DNA of 32,000 nt from Kiritimatiella glycovorans (GCF_001017655.1 NZ_CP010904.1:1650001-1682000); one strand, 5' to 3'; numbered from the stretch's first letter, positions 7,286-17,926 are shown. Notes: generated by a model not told the origin, from the sequence alone. Made by a program: numbers and translations.

Positions 7286-10200
7286 TCAGTCCAGCATGGC
7301 GCGGATGGCGTCCAGCAGGGCGGTCGCGGAGCAGGGTTTCTGCAGCAGGGTGAACCGATAGTCGACCTCTTCCGCCTCAGGCATGTGAGCGTCGCTGTAG
7401 CCGCTTATGAAAACCACCGGAAGGGGGCTCCCCTTTTTCGCCGCCAGCCGCCCGGCCACCTGGGGGCCATCCCCACCGGGCATGATGACGTCGAGCACGG
7501 CGAGATCGATGACGTCCGCGAGTTCCCCGACCTTTTCAAGGCCCTCGCTCCCGTCGCGGCTGACGTGCACCGTGTAGCCGGCCCGACGGAGAACCGACGA
7601 CGCCCACTTCCGGACGTCTTCGTCGTCTTCGCACAGAAACAGCGTCTCATCACCGCCCGCCGCGTCTGTCTCCTCCGCCGTTTCAACCTCGTGACGCGGC
7701 CTGGTGACGGCGGGAAAATACATTTTGAAGGCCGTGCCCCTTCCGGGTTCGCTGTAGACGAGGATCCGCCCGTCGTGCTGACGCACGATGCCCTGGACCG
7801 TGGAGAGCCCCAACCCGGTCCCCTTGCCCACGTCTTTCGTGGTAAAGAAAGGATCGAAAATCCGCTTTCGGGTCTCGGCGTCCATACCGCATCCGGTGTC
7901 GGCGACCACGAGCTGAACATAGCGTCCCGGCCGCGGCATCGCGTACCGGTCCGCAAACTCCTCATCCAGCGTCACCGCATGCGTCTCGACCGTGACCCGC
8001 CCGCCCCCGTCCATGGCGTCGCGTGCATTCACCAGCAGATTCATGAACAGCTGTTCGAGCTGATTCGGATCGATCCGCACGGAATCGAGCGGGGTTTGCG
8101 GATGGAACACGTAGGCTACGTGCTCGCCCAGCGTAAGGTGGGCCACGGAGTCCATGGCCTCGATCTTCTCGTTCAGGTCCAGCGTGACCGGCCGCATCTG
8201 CTGCTTGCGCGTATAGATCAGCAGCTGCTGCGTCAGCGATTGCGCCCGCGCCGTCGCGTGCATCACCTCTTCGAGGTAGGCCTTCAGGTCCGGATCCCGG
8301 TCCGCTGCCTGGGAGCGGGCCAGTTCGGTATAGCCGGTGATGGACTGAAGGATGTTGTTGAAGTCGTGCGCGACGCCCGAGGCGATGCGGCCGATCGCCT
8401 CCATCTTCTGGGCCTGTCGGTATTGTTCTTCAAGCTCCCGTTTCTCCGTCACATCCTCACCTACGGCGACCATGCCGCTCACCTCCCCTGCCCGGTCGAA
8501 CACCGGGGTCGCGACCACCTCCCACTCGCACCCGTCGGGCGTGACGCGGTGTGCGTGCCGGGTCCGGCGCAGGTGCATCGCCTCCAGCGCAGGACACCCG
8601 GGACAGGGGCCGCTGTTCTCACCCCACCGGGCGAAACAGTACTGCCCCTTCAGCCCGTCTGGGTCCTCCCCGACGGATTCACACGCCGCCCGATTGGTCC
8701 AGGCTATGGTCAGGTCCGTGTTCAGCATGATGACCGCGTTGGTCTGGGCGTTCAGAATCGAATTCAGCCTCTGTTCCGATCTCGCCAGCGCCGCTTCGGC
8801 CCGATTGCGTTCGACTATGCTGCCGATGCGGTGGGCGGCACTCTGGAGGCGCCGCTTGGCGACTTCCACGATGAAGGCGGGGCGGGGTTTGTAGGCCCGT
8901 GCCGCTTCTTCGAGCCGGTCGTACGAGACCCGGAAACGTTCCGCCAGCTCGCGCAGCCGGTCCGGATCGCGGGGCGGGTCGCCGTACCCGAGATTGATCA
9001 CGCCGATGATCTCGCCGTTGGCGCGGATCGGCACGGCGTAGAGCCGGATCCCGCCCACGCATTCGATATCGGTGGGGGCGCCCGTTTCCATGGCCGGGCG
9101 CGCCGAACGGTTCCAGCAGCACTCATGGCACAGCCAGCGGCCGCCGTCGAGGGCCTCCCGGTTGTCGTCCGTGCCGCAGAGCCGCCGCGAGGCGGCGTCG
9201 AGCAGCTGGCACCACCCGGAAGCAAAGATCCCGTAGGCATAATCGCCGCTGCGCTCGTAGACGGCCACCGAACTGTCCACCAGCACCATGATATCCTCCG
9301 CGAGCATCTCCATCGTCTCGCCCGGCACGGCCTCCAGAATGGTCCGGTCGGTATTCAGCTCCGTGACATCCCCGTAATACGGCGTGTAGGGCGCGACCGG
9401 ATCGTTGGCGAGGGATTCCTGCTCCAGGAGCCACTCGATGCATTCGAGATCCGACTCCACCTTCTCACGGTCGGTGACGTCCTCGATCACCGCCACGACG
9501 CCGTCAAAGTCCCCCTGCGCGTCAAAGAGGGGTCTCGCGCTCACCGACACCACCCGCCGCGCCCCATCCGGGCGGGTCAAACCGCGCCGGACCTGGTACA
9601 CCGGACGGCCTGTGCGGCGGACCTGCTCGAACGGCAGGGGCTCCGCCGGTCGCGTGGACGGATCGTCATCGACCCCCCAGCAGGGGTGGCAGGGGTCGTC
9701 GAAGGACCGGCCGAGCGCCTCTTCGGCGGACCAACCCAGGATTTCTTCGGCGGCGGGATTGACGCGATTGATCAATCCCCCGGAGCCCAGCAGGATAATG
9801 CCGACCGGCGTCGATTCCGTGATGCGCTTGACCCGATCCCGTTCCCGCTGCAGCGCCTGTTCCGATTGAACGCGCGCCGCTTCCTGTTCGCTGTGATCCA
9901 GAGCGAGGGCGAGGTCGCCCGCCAGTTCCTGGAGCAGCTCTCGTTCCTGGTTGAGATCCGTCCGGCCCTCCGGCACCGACACGGAAACCCAGCCGTAGAT
10001 GCGCCCTCCGTGTTGGAGGCGCGCGGTCATACCGATCCGGTCCTCACACGCCGGGACCAAGGGACACTCCCCGCAGACCCCGGCCGGATCTTTCACAACC
10101 CGAACCGCATCGGTGCCGAGCACCCGCTCCACGCAGGGCGGCCTGAACCCCTCTTCGATCCGTGTCCGCATGGTCTCGAAGGACTCCCCGACGCCGGCGC

Positions 10201-11230
10201 CGTGGAGGGAGACGATCCCGCCCTCCGGGTCGGTGCGCGCAATCCAAGCGTGCGCATAGCCGTTGATTTCCACCATCGTGCGGCAACTCCTGTCGAGCAG
10301 CCTCGAAGCGTCGGACTCCCGCGTGATGAGCTGGTTTACGTTTCGTACCGTTTTGAGCACGCGGTTTAGCCGGTCCTGAACCGCTTCGAGATCCAGTCGC
10401 CTGTCGATGAGCCGGGCCACACCGATGCCGCCCGCAACCGCCACGACGAGGTAGAGATTGCGCGTCAGCAGCCGGTCCGGGGTGACGTCGAAGGCGAGAA
10501 TCTGCCAGAAGGTGCGGCCGCCCGGATCGACCCAGAGATGGGTGAACACACTGTCCAGCCACCAGAGAAGAAGGCCGAGCAGTACGGCGGCGCTGTAGAT
10601 CGCATTCTTGAGACGTCCGCTCTGTTCCTGCGGAAGGCGGAAGAAACGCCGGACGGGTGTCAGGCTCAGGAGCGCATGGCCGGCCATGAGAAAAACGTAC
10701 GCCGAGATCACATGCTTGACCGCCATGGCCTGCAGCCAGGCCATGGATACCGTACGCGTCGTAATGGACGGGTCCCAGAACGGGGGATTCAGGGCGATCA
10801 GGCCGCGAAACACCGTGAAGAACCCCAGCTCGACCACGAGCCTGAATGGGAGTTCAACCGCAAAGGAAGAACGGTACCACCGGGGCTCTTCCATGCGTTG
10901 CCGGACTTCGGCCCAGTATCCGTGCCACACGATCCAGAGCGTGAAGACCGGCACCGAGTAGAAAAGCCCGTATCCGTCCGCACGCCACAGCCACCACATC
11001 GACTGGCCGCCCCCCGCCAGCGCGGAGAGAAGCCCGTATTTCCACCCCCAGGCCAGGGCGACCAGAAGCGGGAAGATCAATCCCGCGAGGATGCTCAGTT
11101 TCAGCTCCGGAAAATGAACGATCTCGATATCCAGAAAATTCACCGCGAATCCGGCGCATCCCAGAAGAATCGAGATCAGCACACGATACGGGTCGGGAGA
11201 CCTCCTGCCGCGCATTGCAAACAACTCCAT
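7286..11230 (-). CDS. Hybrid sensor histidine kinase: polytopic membrane domain, Cys-rich GAF-like, PAS, PocR-like, PAS, HisKA, HATPase, receiver
   Basis: H-box [20 protein letters not shown]1 and G2 boxes [17 protein letters not shown] and GKGTGLGLS. Receiver [13 protein letters not shown]...KP. PocR-like WCQLL..C...CHECC...[21 protein letters not shown]. About 8 or more N-terminal hydrophobic helices. ATG at 11230 is preceded by GGGGAGG. Confidence 0.93.
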   Translation of the reverse strand: MELFAMRGRRSPDPYRVLISILLGCAGFAVNFLDIEIVHFPELKLSILAGLIFPLLVALAWGWKYGLLSALAGGGQSMWWLWRADGYGLFYSVPVFTLWIVWHGYWAEVRQRMEEPRWYRSSFAVELPFRLVVELGFFTVFRGLIALNPPFWDPSITTRTVSMAWLQAMAVKHVISAYVFLMAGHALLSLTPVRRFFRLPQEQSGRLKNAIYSAAVLLGLLLWWLDSVFTHLWVDPGGRTFWQILAFDVTPDRLLTRNLYLVVAVAGGIGVARLIDRRLDLEAVQDRLNRVLKTVRNVNQLITRESDASRLLDRSCRTMVEINGYAHAWIARTDPEGGIVSLHGAGVGESFETMRTRIEEGFRPPCVERVLGTDAVRVVKDPAGVCGECPLVPACEDRIGMTARLQHGGRIYGWVSVSVPEGRTDLNQERELLQELAGDLALALDHSEQEAARVQSEQALQRERDRVKRITESTPVGIILLGSGGLINRVNPAAEEILGWSAEEALGRSFDDPCHPCWGVDDDPSTRPAEPLPFEQVRRTGRPVYQVRRGLTRPDGARRVVSVSARPLFDAQGDFDGVVAVIEDVTDREKVESDLECIEWLLEQESLANDPVAPYTPYYGDVTELNTDRTILEAVPGETMEMLAEDIMVLVDSSVAVYERSGDYAYGIFASGWCQLLDAASRRLCGTDDNREALDGGRWLCHECCWNRSARPAMETGAPTDIECVGGIRLYAVPIRANGEIIGVINLGYGDPPRDPDRLRELAERFRVSYDRLEEAARAYKPRPAFIVEVAKRRLQSAAHRIGSIVERNRAEAALARSEQRLNSILNAQTNAVIMLNTDLTIAWTNRAACESVGEDPDGLKGQYCFARWGENSGPCPGCPALEAMHLRRTRHAHRVTPDGCEWEVVATPVFDRAGEVSGMVAVGEDVTEKRELEEQYRQAQKMEAIGRIASGVAHDFNNILQSITGYTELARSQAADRDPDLKAYLEEVMHATARAQSLTQQLLIYTRKQQMRPVTLDLNEKIEAMDSVAHLTLGEHVAYVFHPQTPLDSVRIDPNQLEQLFMNLLVNARDAMDGGGRVTVETHAVTLDEEFADRYAMPRPGRYVQLVVADTGCGMDAETRKRIFDPFFTTKDVGKGTGLGLSTVQGIVRQHDGRILVYSEPGRGTAFKMYFPAVTRPRHEVETAEETDAAGGDETLFLCEDDEDVRKWASSVLRRAGYTVHVSRDGSEGLEKVGELADVIDLAVLDVIMPGGDGPQVAGRLAAKKGSPLPVVFISGYSDAHMPEAEEVDYRFTLLQKPCSATALLDAIRAMLD

Positions 11231-11333
11231 CGACAGCCTCCCCACAGCCTGTATTGCATCAGTCTGAACTTGAGAGGATTATAGCGGGAAAAAGTCGAAC
11301 ATCAATCTTACTGTTCGAAAACACAAACAATGA

Positions 11334-11595
11334 CTCTCGCAAAGGCGCCGGGATCGCAAAGATGAATGAGAAGAGCACGGGCAAACAAATCGTGCGTTCT
11401 CTCTTACGTTCGTAGTAGGCCCGCAGGTCCGCGCAGCGGACAAGGGCCGTGATCTTCACGCGCCTGGCCTGCCGGGGGGGCAGGCGTGCGGCGCTACTAC
11501 GAACGATCTCACGCGCCTTGACCCTTCGGGCCTTGCGGCGCGACTACGAACGTTCGGAAGAAAATCCCCGGCGACCCTGGCGGTTTGGCGAGAGA
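11334..11595 (+). repeat. MITE-like repeat, copy 2 (about 262 nt, imperfect terminal inverted repeats)
   Basis: 11334-11427 matches the reverse complement of 968-1061 at 85/94 positions. The left end CTCTCGCAAAGGCGCCGGGATC is inverted relative to the right end ATCCCCGGCG...TTTGGCGAGAG (11566-11595). The element carries a GC hairpin GCCTGCC-GGGGG-GGCAGGC at 11468-11486 and a 47-nt tandem duplication. Confidence 0.6.
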
Positions 11596-11795
11596 AAAAA
11601 GGTTCGAACAAGCCACTTCAGCGGACAAAGTACCGCCGCCGACTTCAACCGTTCAACCGTCCACCGGGACACATCGTTTTTTTCTTGCACCCATTTTGCG
11701 TCATGTGCCAGGGCATTGAGCGAAGGATTTATTCACCGCTTGAAAGATTCAGGCTCCGGGATCCCGTTTTTTCCCTGCGAGCCGGGGAGGTTAAC

Positions 11796-12473
11796 ATGGC
11801 CGAGATTCCCCTGCCGCGCCGCAGTTCCTCTGCGCTGATCGTGACCGATATCCAGTACGACTTCATGCCGGGCGGCGCGCTGGCCGTAGGAGACGGCGAT
11901 GCGATCCTTCCCGGCGTTTCGCGGCTGATGACCTCCGGGGGTTTCCCGTTCGTGGTCGCCACCCAGGACTGGCATCCGGCCGGACACATCTCGTTCGCCA
12001 GCCAGCACGAGGGGGTATCGCCGTTCGACACCCTTTCGATCCACGGGCATGAGGACACCGCCTGGCCGGACCACTGTGTTCAGGGAACCCGGGGGGCGGA
12101 GCTCTGCGCGGACCTGCCATGGGACCGCGCCTGCGCCGTGCTGCGCAAGGGCATGGACCCCGAATCGGATTCCTACAGCACCTTCCGGAACAACTGGGAT
12201 CGGCACGGCAATCGTCCCCCGACCGGGCTGGCGGGATACCTTCGCGAGCGCGGGGTGGACAGCGTGGTGCTCTGCGGGCTGGCCCGCGATGTGTGCGTCT
12301 ACTGGAGCGCGATGGACGCCGTGGCCGCGGGATTCCACACCTGGTTCCTCTGGGATCTCACGCGCGCGGTCGTTCCCGAGAAGGACGAGGAGAACCGTAG
12401 AGAGCTTGAACAGCACGGCGTGACCGTCTGCACAATGAACGACCTCCTGAACGCGTCCGGGCGCGAGTCCTGA
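11796..12473 (+). CDS. pncA: Nicotinamidase/pyrazinamidase
   Basis: LIVTDIQYDFMPGG, metal site DWHPAGHISF, WPDHCVQGT, and the catalytic Cys context VVLCGLARDVCV. ATG at 11796 has GGGGAGG 7 nt upstream. Confidence 0.9.
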   Translation: MAEIPLPRRSSSALIVTDIQYDFMPGGALAVGDGDAILPGVSRLMTSGGFPFVVATQDWHPAGHISFASQHEGVSPFDTLSIHGHEDTAWPDHCVQGTRGAELCADLPWDRACAVLRKGMDPESDSYSTFRNNWDRHGNRPPTGLAGYLRERGVDSVVLCGLARDVCVYWSAMDAVAAGFHTWFLWDLTRAVVPEKDEENRRELEQHGVTVCTMNDLLNASGRES

Positions 12474-12630
12474 ATCTGTTTTCAAAAAAAACGGAATAGC
12501 GCTTGCCTTTACCTTCGTCGGACCGCAGAGTCCGTCCCGCTCGATCAATTCAGATCGATCCCGATCCGCACCAGGTGTCATCGTGCAGTATTGGATAAAG
12601 GCATAATGACACAGATAAGGAGATATCATT

Positions 12631-12930
12631 ATGGATATCTACGTCGGGAATCTGCCGTACCAGGTGGATGATCAGCAGCTCCAGGAACTCTTCGCGCAGC
12701 ACGGGAACGTAACTTCGGCCCGCGTCATTACCGATAAGTTCTCCGGACAGTCCAAGGGATTCGGTTTCGTAGAGATGCCGGACAAAGCGGAGGCGGAAGC
12801 CGCCATCAGCGCCACGAACGACCAGGATTTCATGGGGCGCAACCTGCGTGTCAATGAATCCCAGCCCAAGCCGAGAGGCGGGGGCGGTGGCGGAGGCCGG
12901 GACGGCGGCGGAAAGCGCAACCGGTGGTAA
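12631..12930 (+). CDS. RRM-type RNA-binding protein with Gly-rich tail
   Basis: RNP-2 IYVGNL and RNP-1 KGFGFVEM, with C-terminal RGGGGGGGRDGGG. AAGGAG lies upstream of the ATG. Confidence 0.9.
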   Translation: MDIYVGNLPYQVDDQQLQELFAQHGNVTSARVITDKFSGQSKGFGFVEMPDKAEAEAAISATNDQDFMGRNLRVNESQPKPRGGGGGGGRDGGGKRNRW

Positions 12931-12966
12931 AAGCTTGAGATGCGAGTTATCGCATGAATGAGCGAA

Positions 12967-12995
12967 AGAGGCGCGTTTCGACGCGCCTCTTTTTC
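12967..12995 (+). terminator. Rho-independent terminator of the RRM gene
   Basis: A 10-bp stem AGAGGCGCGT/ACGCGCCTCT with loop TTCG, followed by TTTT. Confidence 0.8.
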
Positions 12996-13020
12996 GGTTA
13001 GTGGGATGCGGGAGATCGGA

Positions 13021-13099
13021 GGGGGAGAGAAAATGGGATTCACCATGAAGGCCATGAAGGGGTGAACATAAAGTCCGGACCGCCGGCCCATCTCTCCCC
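13021..13099 (+). repeat. CATGAAGGN 9-mer array module, copy D, enclosed by a 13-nt inverted repeat
   Basis: GGGATTCACCATGAAGGCCATGAAGGGGTGAACATAA is flanked by GGGGAGAGAAAATGGG (13022-13037) and CCCATCTCTCCCC (13087-13099). It abuts the stop codon of the nuclease gene. Confidence 0.7.
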
Positions 13100-14044
13100 T
13101 TATCGCTCCAGCTCCTCGCGGCACAGTTCGTAGAAGTTACAGCGGCCGCAGATGCGGGGGTCGGAGGCGAGTTCCCATTCGTCTCTGGGGACCGGGATAT
13201 TACGTTCGCGATCGGCGTCGACCAGATACTCGGTCATCTCGCCTACGGTGCGCGACATGTAGGCGACCACCTCATCGAGCCTCTCCGGCGTAAGCTGGTC
13301 GACCGCCACGCGCCCCTCGTTCAGGTATTCCACGTAGACGGTCACCTGTTCGGGCGGCGTGGCGTGTTTCTCGCGGGCCCAGAGACCGTACACCCCCACC
13401 TGGCGGGCGTGTTCGGCCTTCATGCGACCCGCCTTCCAGTCGATGATATGGATCCGGTCTGCCTCGCGCCACGCGTAGTCCGGGATGGCGTAGACCTTGA
13501 TGCCGTTGAAGACAAAGTGCTCGGCATCCCCGCCGGCGCCGGGCACGGCGACCTCGATCCGGTCCTCGGGCCGGATGTCGCGCAGCCGCGGGAGTGTCCG
13601 GTCCAGGAAATGGGCGAGGCAGCGGAGGATCTGCTCCTTCATTTCCGCGGCGCGCGACTTCTCGTCCTCGAGCGTCCCGTAATAGTGCTCCCGCAGGCAG
13701 CAGTACTTTTTGGGAGCACGACGCCACTCGCCGTCGCGGGACTCCTTCCACGCCCTGCGCAGGAAGGGGCGCGCGATGTGTTCCCACGCCTCCTCCGCGC
13801 CGTGGTCCCGTCCGGACTGGGCCTCCGCCAGCAGCCACTCCACCGCCTGTTCCGCCGCGTGACCGGTCAGCGTGAAACAATTCTCCATCTTGTCGAGCTG
13901 ATAGGCCTTCCGGGCCGTAGGGTCAGCGTCGCGGTTCCAGCCGCCCCACTTTCCGTACTTCTTCCAGTAGTGCCGTCTCCGGCACTCCTCGAAATCCATC
14001 GCCGCGCTGTACGACCAGGAGAAGATGTTCCGTAATTCCTTCAT
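13100..14044 (-). CDS. PD-(D/E)XK nuclease, Cas4/AddB-like with predicted 4-Cys cluster
   Basis: N-terminal SWSYSAAMDFEECRRRHYW, core IPDYAW...IHIIDWKAG (D...D-x-K), QxxxY motif ARQVGVYGLW, and C-terminal CGRCNFYELC. I prefer the ATG at 14044. The track ORF starts at a GTG at 14101, which would overlap queH. Confidence 0.8.
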   Translation of the reverse strand: MKELRNIFSWSYSAAMDFEECRRRHYWKKYGKWGGWNRDADPTARKAYQLDKMENCFTLTGHAAEQAVEWLLAEAQSGRDHGAEEAWEHIARPFLRRAWKESRDGEWRRAPKKYCCLREHYYGTLEDEKSRAAEMKEQILRCLAHFLDRTLPRLRDIRPEDRIEVAVPGAGGDAEHFVFNGIKVYAIPDYAWREADRIHIIDWKAGRMKAEHARQVGVYGLWAREKHATPPEQVTVYVEYLNEGRVAVDQLTPERLDEVVAYMSRTVGEMTEYLVDADRERNIPVPRDEWELASDPRICGRCNFYELCREELER

Positions 14045-14081
14045 GGGGTGGTTTTCCTTGTGATCCGCGAATCGCTTCTCT

Positions 14082-14624
14082 TCAGGGGATGCTGAATTCA
14101 CATCCGCAGTAGTTCTGCCGGTAGAGGCCCAGTTCGCGGCTGCGTTCGACGCTCAGGCGGTAGCCGTCCCGCTTCTTGAAATCGTACGGGACGAACCCCT
14201 CGAACCGGCTTCCGATATCGAAGATCAGCGGGGCGTACTTATGCGGGCTGACGGTCAGGGTGGTCGTAAAGGACGAAATGCCGAGTTCCTCCGCTTTCCG
14301 CGCGCAGCGTTCGAGGTTGAACGCGAAACAGCGGGCGCAGCGGCCTCCCCCTTCGGGTTCGTCTTCCAGCCCCTCCACCGCCCTCTGCCAGGAGAGGTGG
14401 TGGTAGGCATCTTCCTCCCAGCGTGCCCTCACGATCCCGGCCAGGCGGTGGGCCTCATCGCGGCGGTGATGGTATTCCGGGCGGGGCCAGATGTTCGAGT
14501 TCGCAAAGAAGAACACCGGCTCGTATCCGTCCGCGCGCAGCCGTTCCACCGGGACGCAGGCGCACGGCGCGCAGCAGACGTGGAGGAGCATCGGGCTCCG
14601 TTTGGCGGCGTCAGCGCTCTCCAT
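14082..14624 (-). CDS. queH: Epoxyqueuosine reductase QueH (DUF208)
   Basis: LLHVCCAPCA, FFFANSNIWP..EY, GGRCARCF, TTTLTVSPHK and RQNYCGCEFS. ATG at 14624 is preceded by GGAGGAGGAG. Confidence 0.9.
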   Translation of the reverse strand: MESADAAKRSPMLLHVCCAPCACVPVERLRADGYEPVFFFANSNIWPRPEYHHRRDEAHRLAGIVRARWEEDAYHHLSWQRAVEGLEDEPEGGGRCARCFAFNLERCARKAEELGISSFTTTLTVSPHKYAPLIFDIGSRFEGFVPYDFKKRDGYRLSVERSRELGLYRQNYCGCEFSIP

Positions 14625-15345
14625 GCGGGACTCCTCCTCCGGTCTGAGCGGTATCCGTCCCGGCGGCCGGGGCTTCGGCGAGCCCCTCCCTGCACGCGGC
14701 GGGCGGGCGGAAGAAAAGGCGTGCATAGCCGTAGGCCAGCATTTCCCCGATCACCTCGCGCACGCCCTCGCTGCAGGTGTGCCAGCGGGCGGGCTCATAG
14801 GCTTCGGGAACAATACTGCGCACGCCGACCGGATGCCGGTCGGCGAGGGCCAGGCGGTACAGGTACCGGCTGCGTCGTGCGTGGGCGCCCACGGAAAGGA
14901 CATCCACCGCCGCGCCCGCCGGACAGAGGCCGGCCAGGGTTTCGCCGACCCGGCATGCCGCCGCGTAGGTGCGGTTGCGGCGGACTTTCCGCGCGGGGGC
15001 CGCCAGGATCCGGGAGGCCGGCACGCCGCGTTCGATCAGCCGCGCGCGGGTCGCCTGCGCGTAGGTGGGCCAGGGCATCAGCGAGGATCCGTAGCGGTGC
15101 GGGCCGCCGGCGGTCACGATCCGATCGTATCCGCCTTCACGCCAGACGTCCACGGCGCGATCCAGCGCGTGATCCGACAGCCAGCCTTCGATGACCAGGA
15201 TTTCGGCGTCCTGCGCGGGACGTTCGCAGGCGAGAAAGGGATACAGGCGAAGGGCCCCGGCCGCGGCCAGTGCGGCCAGTGCGGCTGCGATCAGAGCACC
15301 ACGCGTGAAGGCGCGCCTTTTTTTGCCGGGTGACGATGTGCGCAT
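14611..15345 (-). CDS. DUF218 (YdcF/ElyC/SanA) family protein with N-terminal membrane anchor
   Basis: ILVIEGW, DRIVTAGGP and SVGAHARRSRYLY patterns. Its 3' end overlaps the queH start by 14 nt. Confidence 0.75.
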   Translation of the reverse strand: MRTSSPGKKRRAFTRGALIAAALAALAAAGALRLYPFLACERPAQDAEILVIEGWLSDHALDRAVDVWREGGYDRIVTAGGPHRYGSSLMPWPTYAQATRARLIERGVPASRILAAPARKVRRNRTYAAACRVGETLAGLCPAGAAVDVLSVGAHARRSRYLYRLALADRHPVGVRSIVPEAYEPARWHTCSEGVREVIGEMLAYGYARLFFRPPAACREGLAEAPAAGTDTAQTGGGVPHGER

Positions 15346-15355
15346 GACCGTCCGT

Positions 15356-15844
15356 TCACCCGCGTTTCAGATGGTGCGCCATCGCGCGGCGCATCTCACG
15401 GTCCTGATCGCGGCGTTTCATGGTTTCCCGCTTGTCCACTACATTGCGGCCCTTGCCGAGACCGAGTTCGACTTTGACCTTCCCTCTCTTCAGATACACC
15501 TTGAGGGGGATGAGGGTCAAACCCTTCTCCCGGATGCGGCCGATCAGCCGATTGATTTCCGCGCGATGGAGGAGGAGCTTGCGCGGACGGCGCGGTTCGT
15601 GGTTATGGACATTGCCGTGGGAATAGGGTTCCACGCGCATGTCGCGCAGGAACAGCTCATCGCCCTCGACGGTCGCAAAGGCCTCTTCGATACTCAGCCG
15701 GCCGTCGCGGATGGCCTTGACCTCCGTTCCGCGCAATTCGAGGCCCGCCTCGAACCGATCGAGGATCTCGTAATCGCGCCGGGCGCGCCGATGATTCGCC
15801 AGCACGTCGCCGGCCGGCGCTGTTTTGCGGGATCCCTTGCTCAT
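15356..15844 (-). CDS. smpB: SsrA-binding protein
   Basis: NHRRARRDYEILDRFEAGLELRGTEVKAIR...RKLLLHRAEINRL...KGLTLIPLKVYLK.GKVKVELGLGKG. Confidence 0.95.
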   Translation of the reverse strand: MSKGSRKTAPAGDVLANHRRARRDYEILDRFEAGLELRGTEVKAIRDGRLSIEEAFATVEGDELFLRDMRVEPYSHGNVHNHEPRRPRKLLLHRAEINRLIGRIREKGLTLIPLKVYLKRGKVKVELGLGKGRNVVDKRETMKRRDQDREMRRAMAHHLKRG

Positions 15845-15862
15845 GGCGCATCGGGAGGGAAG

Positions 15863-15884
15863 GGGCCGGACGATCGTCCGGCCC
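15863..15884. other. Perfect 22-bp palindrome (GC-rich hairpin) between rpoZ and smpB
   Basis: GGGCCGGACGA|TCGTCCGGCCC with a central GATC. No U-tract follows on the minus strand. Confidence 0.6.
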
Positions 15885-15889
15885 GCGGA

Positions 15890-16156
15890 TCAGAGCGTGA
15901 TTTTCGGCTCGTGGGACGATTCCTCTTCGCCCGCGAGTTCCGGTTCGCCTTCGGGGGCGAGCGTCATCTCGGCGGCGAGCAGACCTTCCGCGATCTCTTT
16001 GAGCGCGACATCGTCCGCCTCCATCAGCGCCGAGTCCGGCTTGACCATCGGGCGCGCTCCACGGTGAAGCTGCCGTACACGCCGGGCCACCAGGTTGACA
16101 AGGATTTCTTCGTTATCGACCCGTTCACGCGCCTGTTCGAGATATCTGGAATTCAA
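15890..16156 (-). CDS. rpoZ: DNA-directed RNA polymerase subunit omega
   Basis: NEEILVNLVARRVRQL...ALKEIAEG. It has a TTG start at 16156 preceded by GGGAGGTG. Confidence 0.85.
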   Translation of the reverse strand: MNSRYLEQARERVDNEEILVNLVARRVRQLHRGARPMVKPDSALMEADDVALKEIAEGLLAAEMTLAPEGEPELAGEEESSHEPKITL

Positions 16157-16180
16157 GTGAGCACCTCCCGGAGAGTGGTT

Positions 16181-16216
16181 GAAAAGAAACGGGGCGCAGT
16201 GTACTGCGCCCCGTTT
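16181..16216 (-). terminator. Rho-independent terminator downstream of groEL
   Basis: A 13-bp stem AAACGGGGCGCAG/CTGCGCCCCGTTT with loop TGTA. On the minus strand it is followed by CTTTTC. Confidence 0.75.
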
Positions 16217-16247
16217 CCGTTGTCAAACGCGACTTGAGAGGAATGAC

Positions 16248-17912
<1,665 letters not shown>

Positions 17913-17926
17913 TTACGTCCGCTGCC

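Noticed and set aside
5720-10369. Very long plus-strand ORF (1549 aa) spanning two genes
   Set aside because: It is antisense to the well-supported P-loop protein and histidine kinase genes. The translation is R/G/A/P/H-rich, low in complexity and without motifs. This is the typical stop-codon-poor antisense frame of high-GC DNA.
15845-16247. Looked for tmRNA (ssrA) next to smpB
   Set aside because: The flanking spacers are 45 and 10 nt, and the neighbouring sequence is coding (rpoZ and the DUF218 gene). There is no tRNA-Ala-like acceptor or tag ORF.
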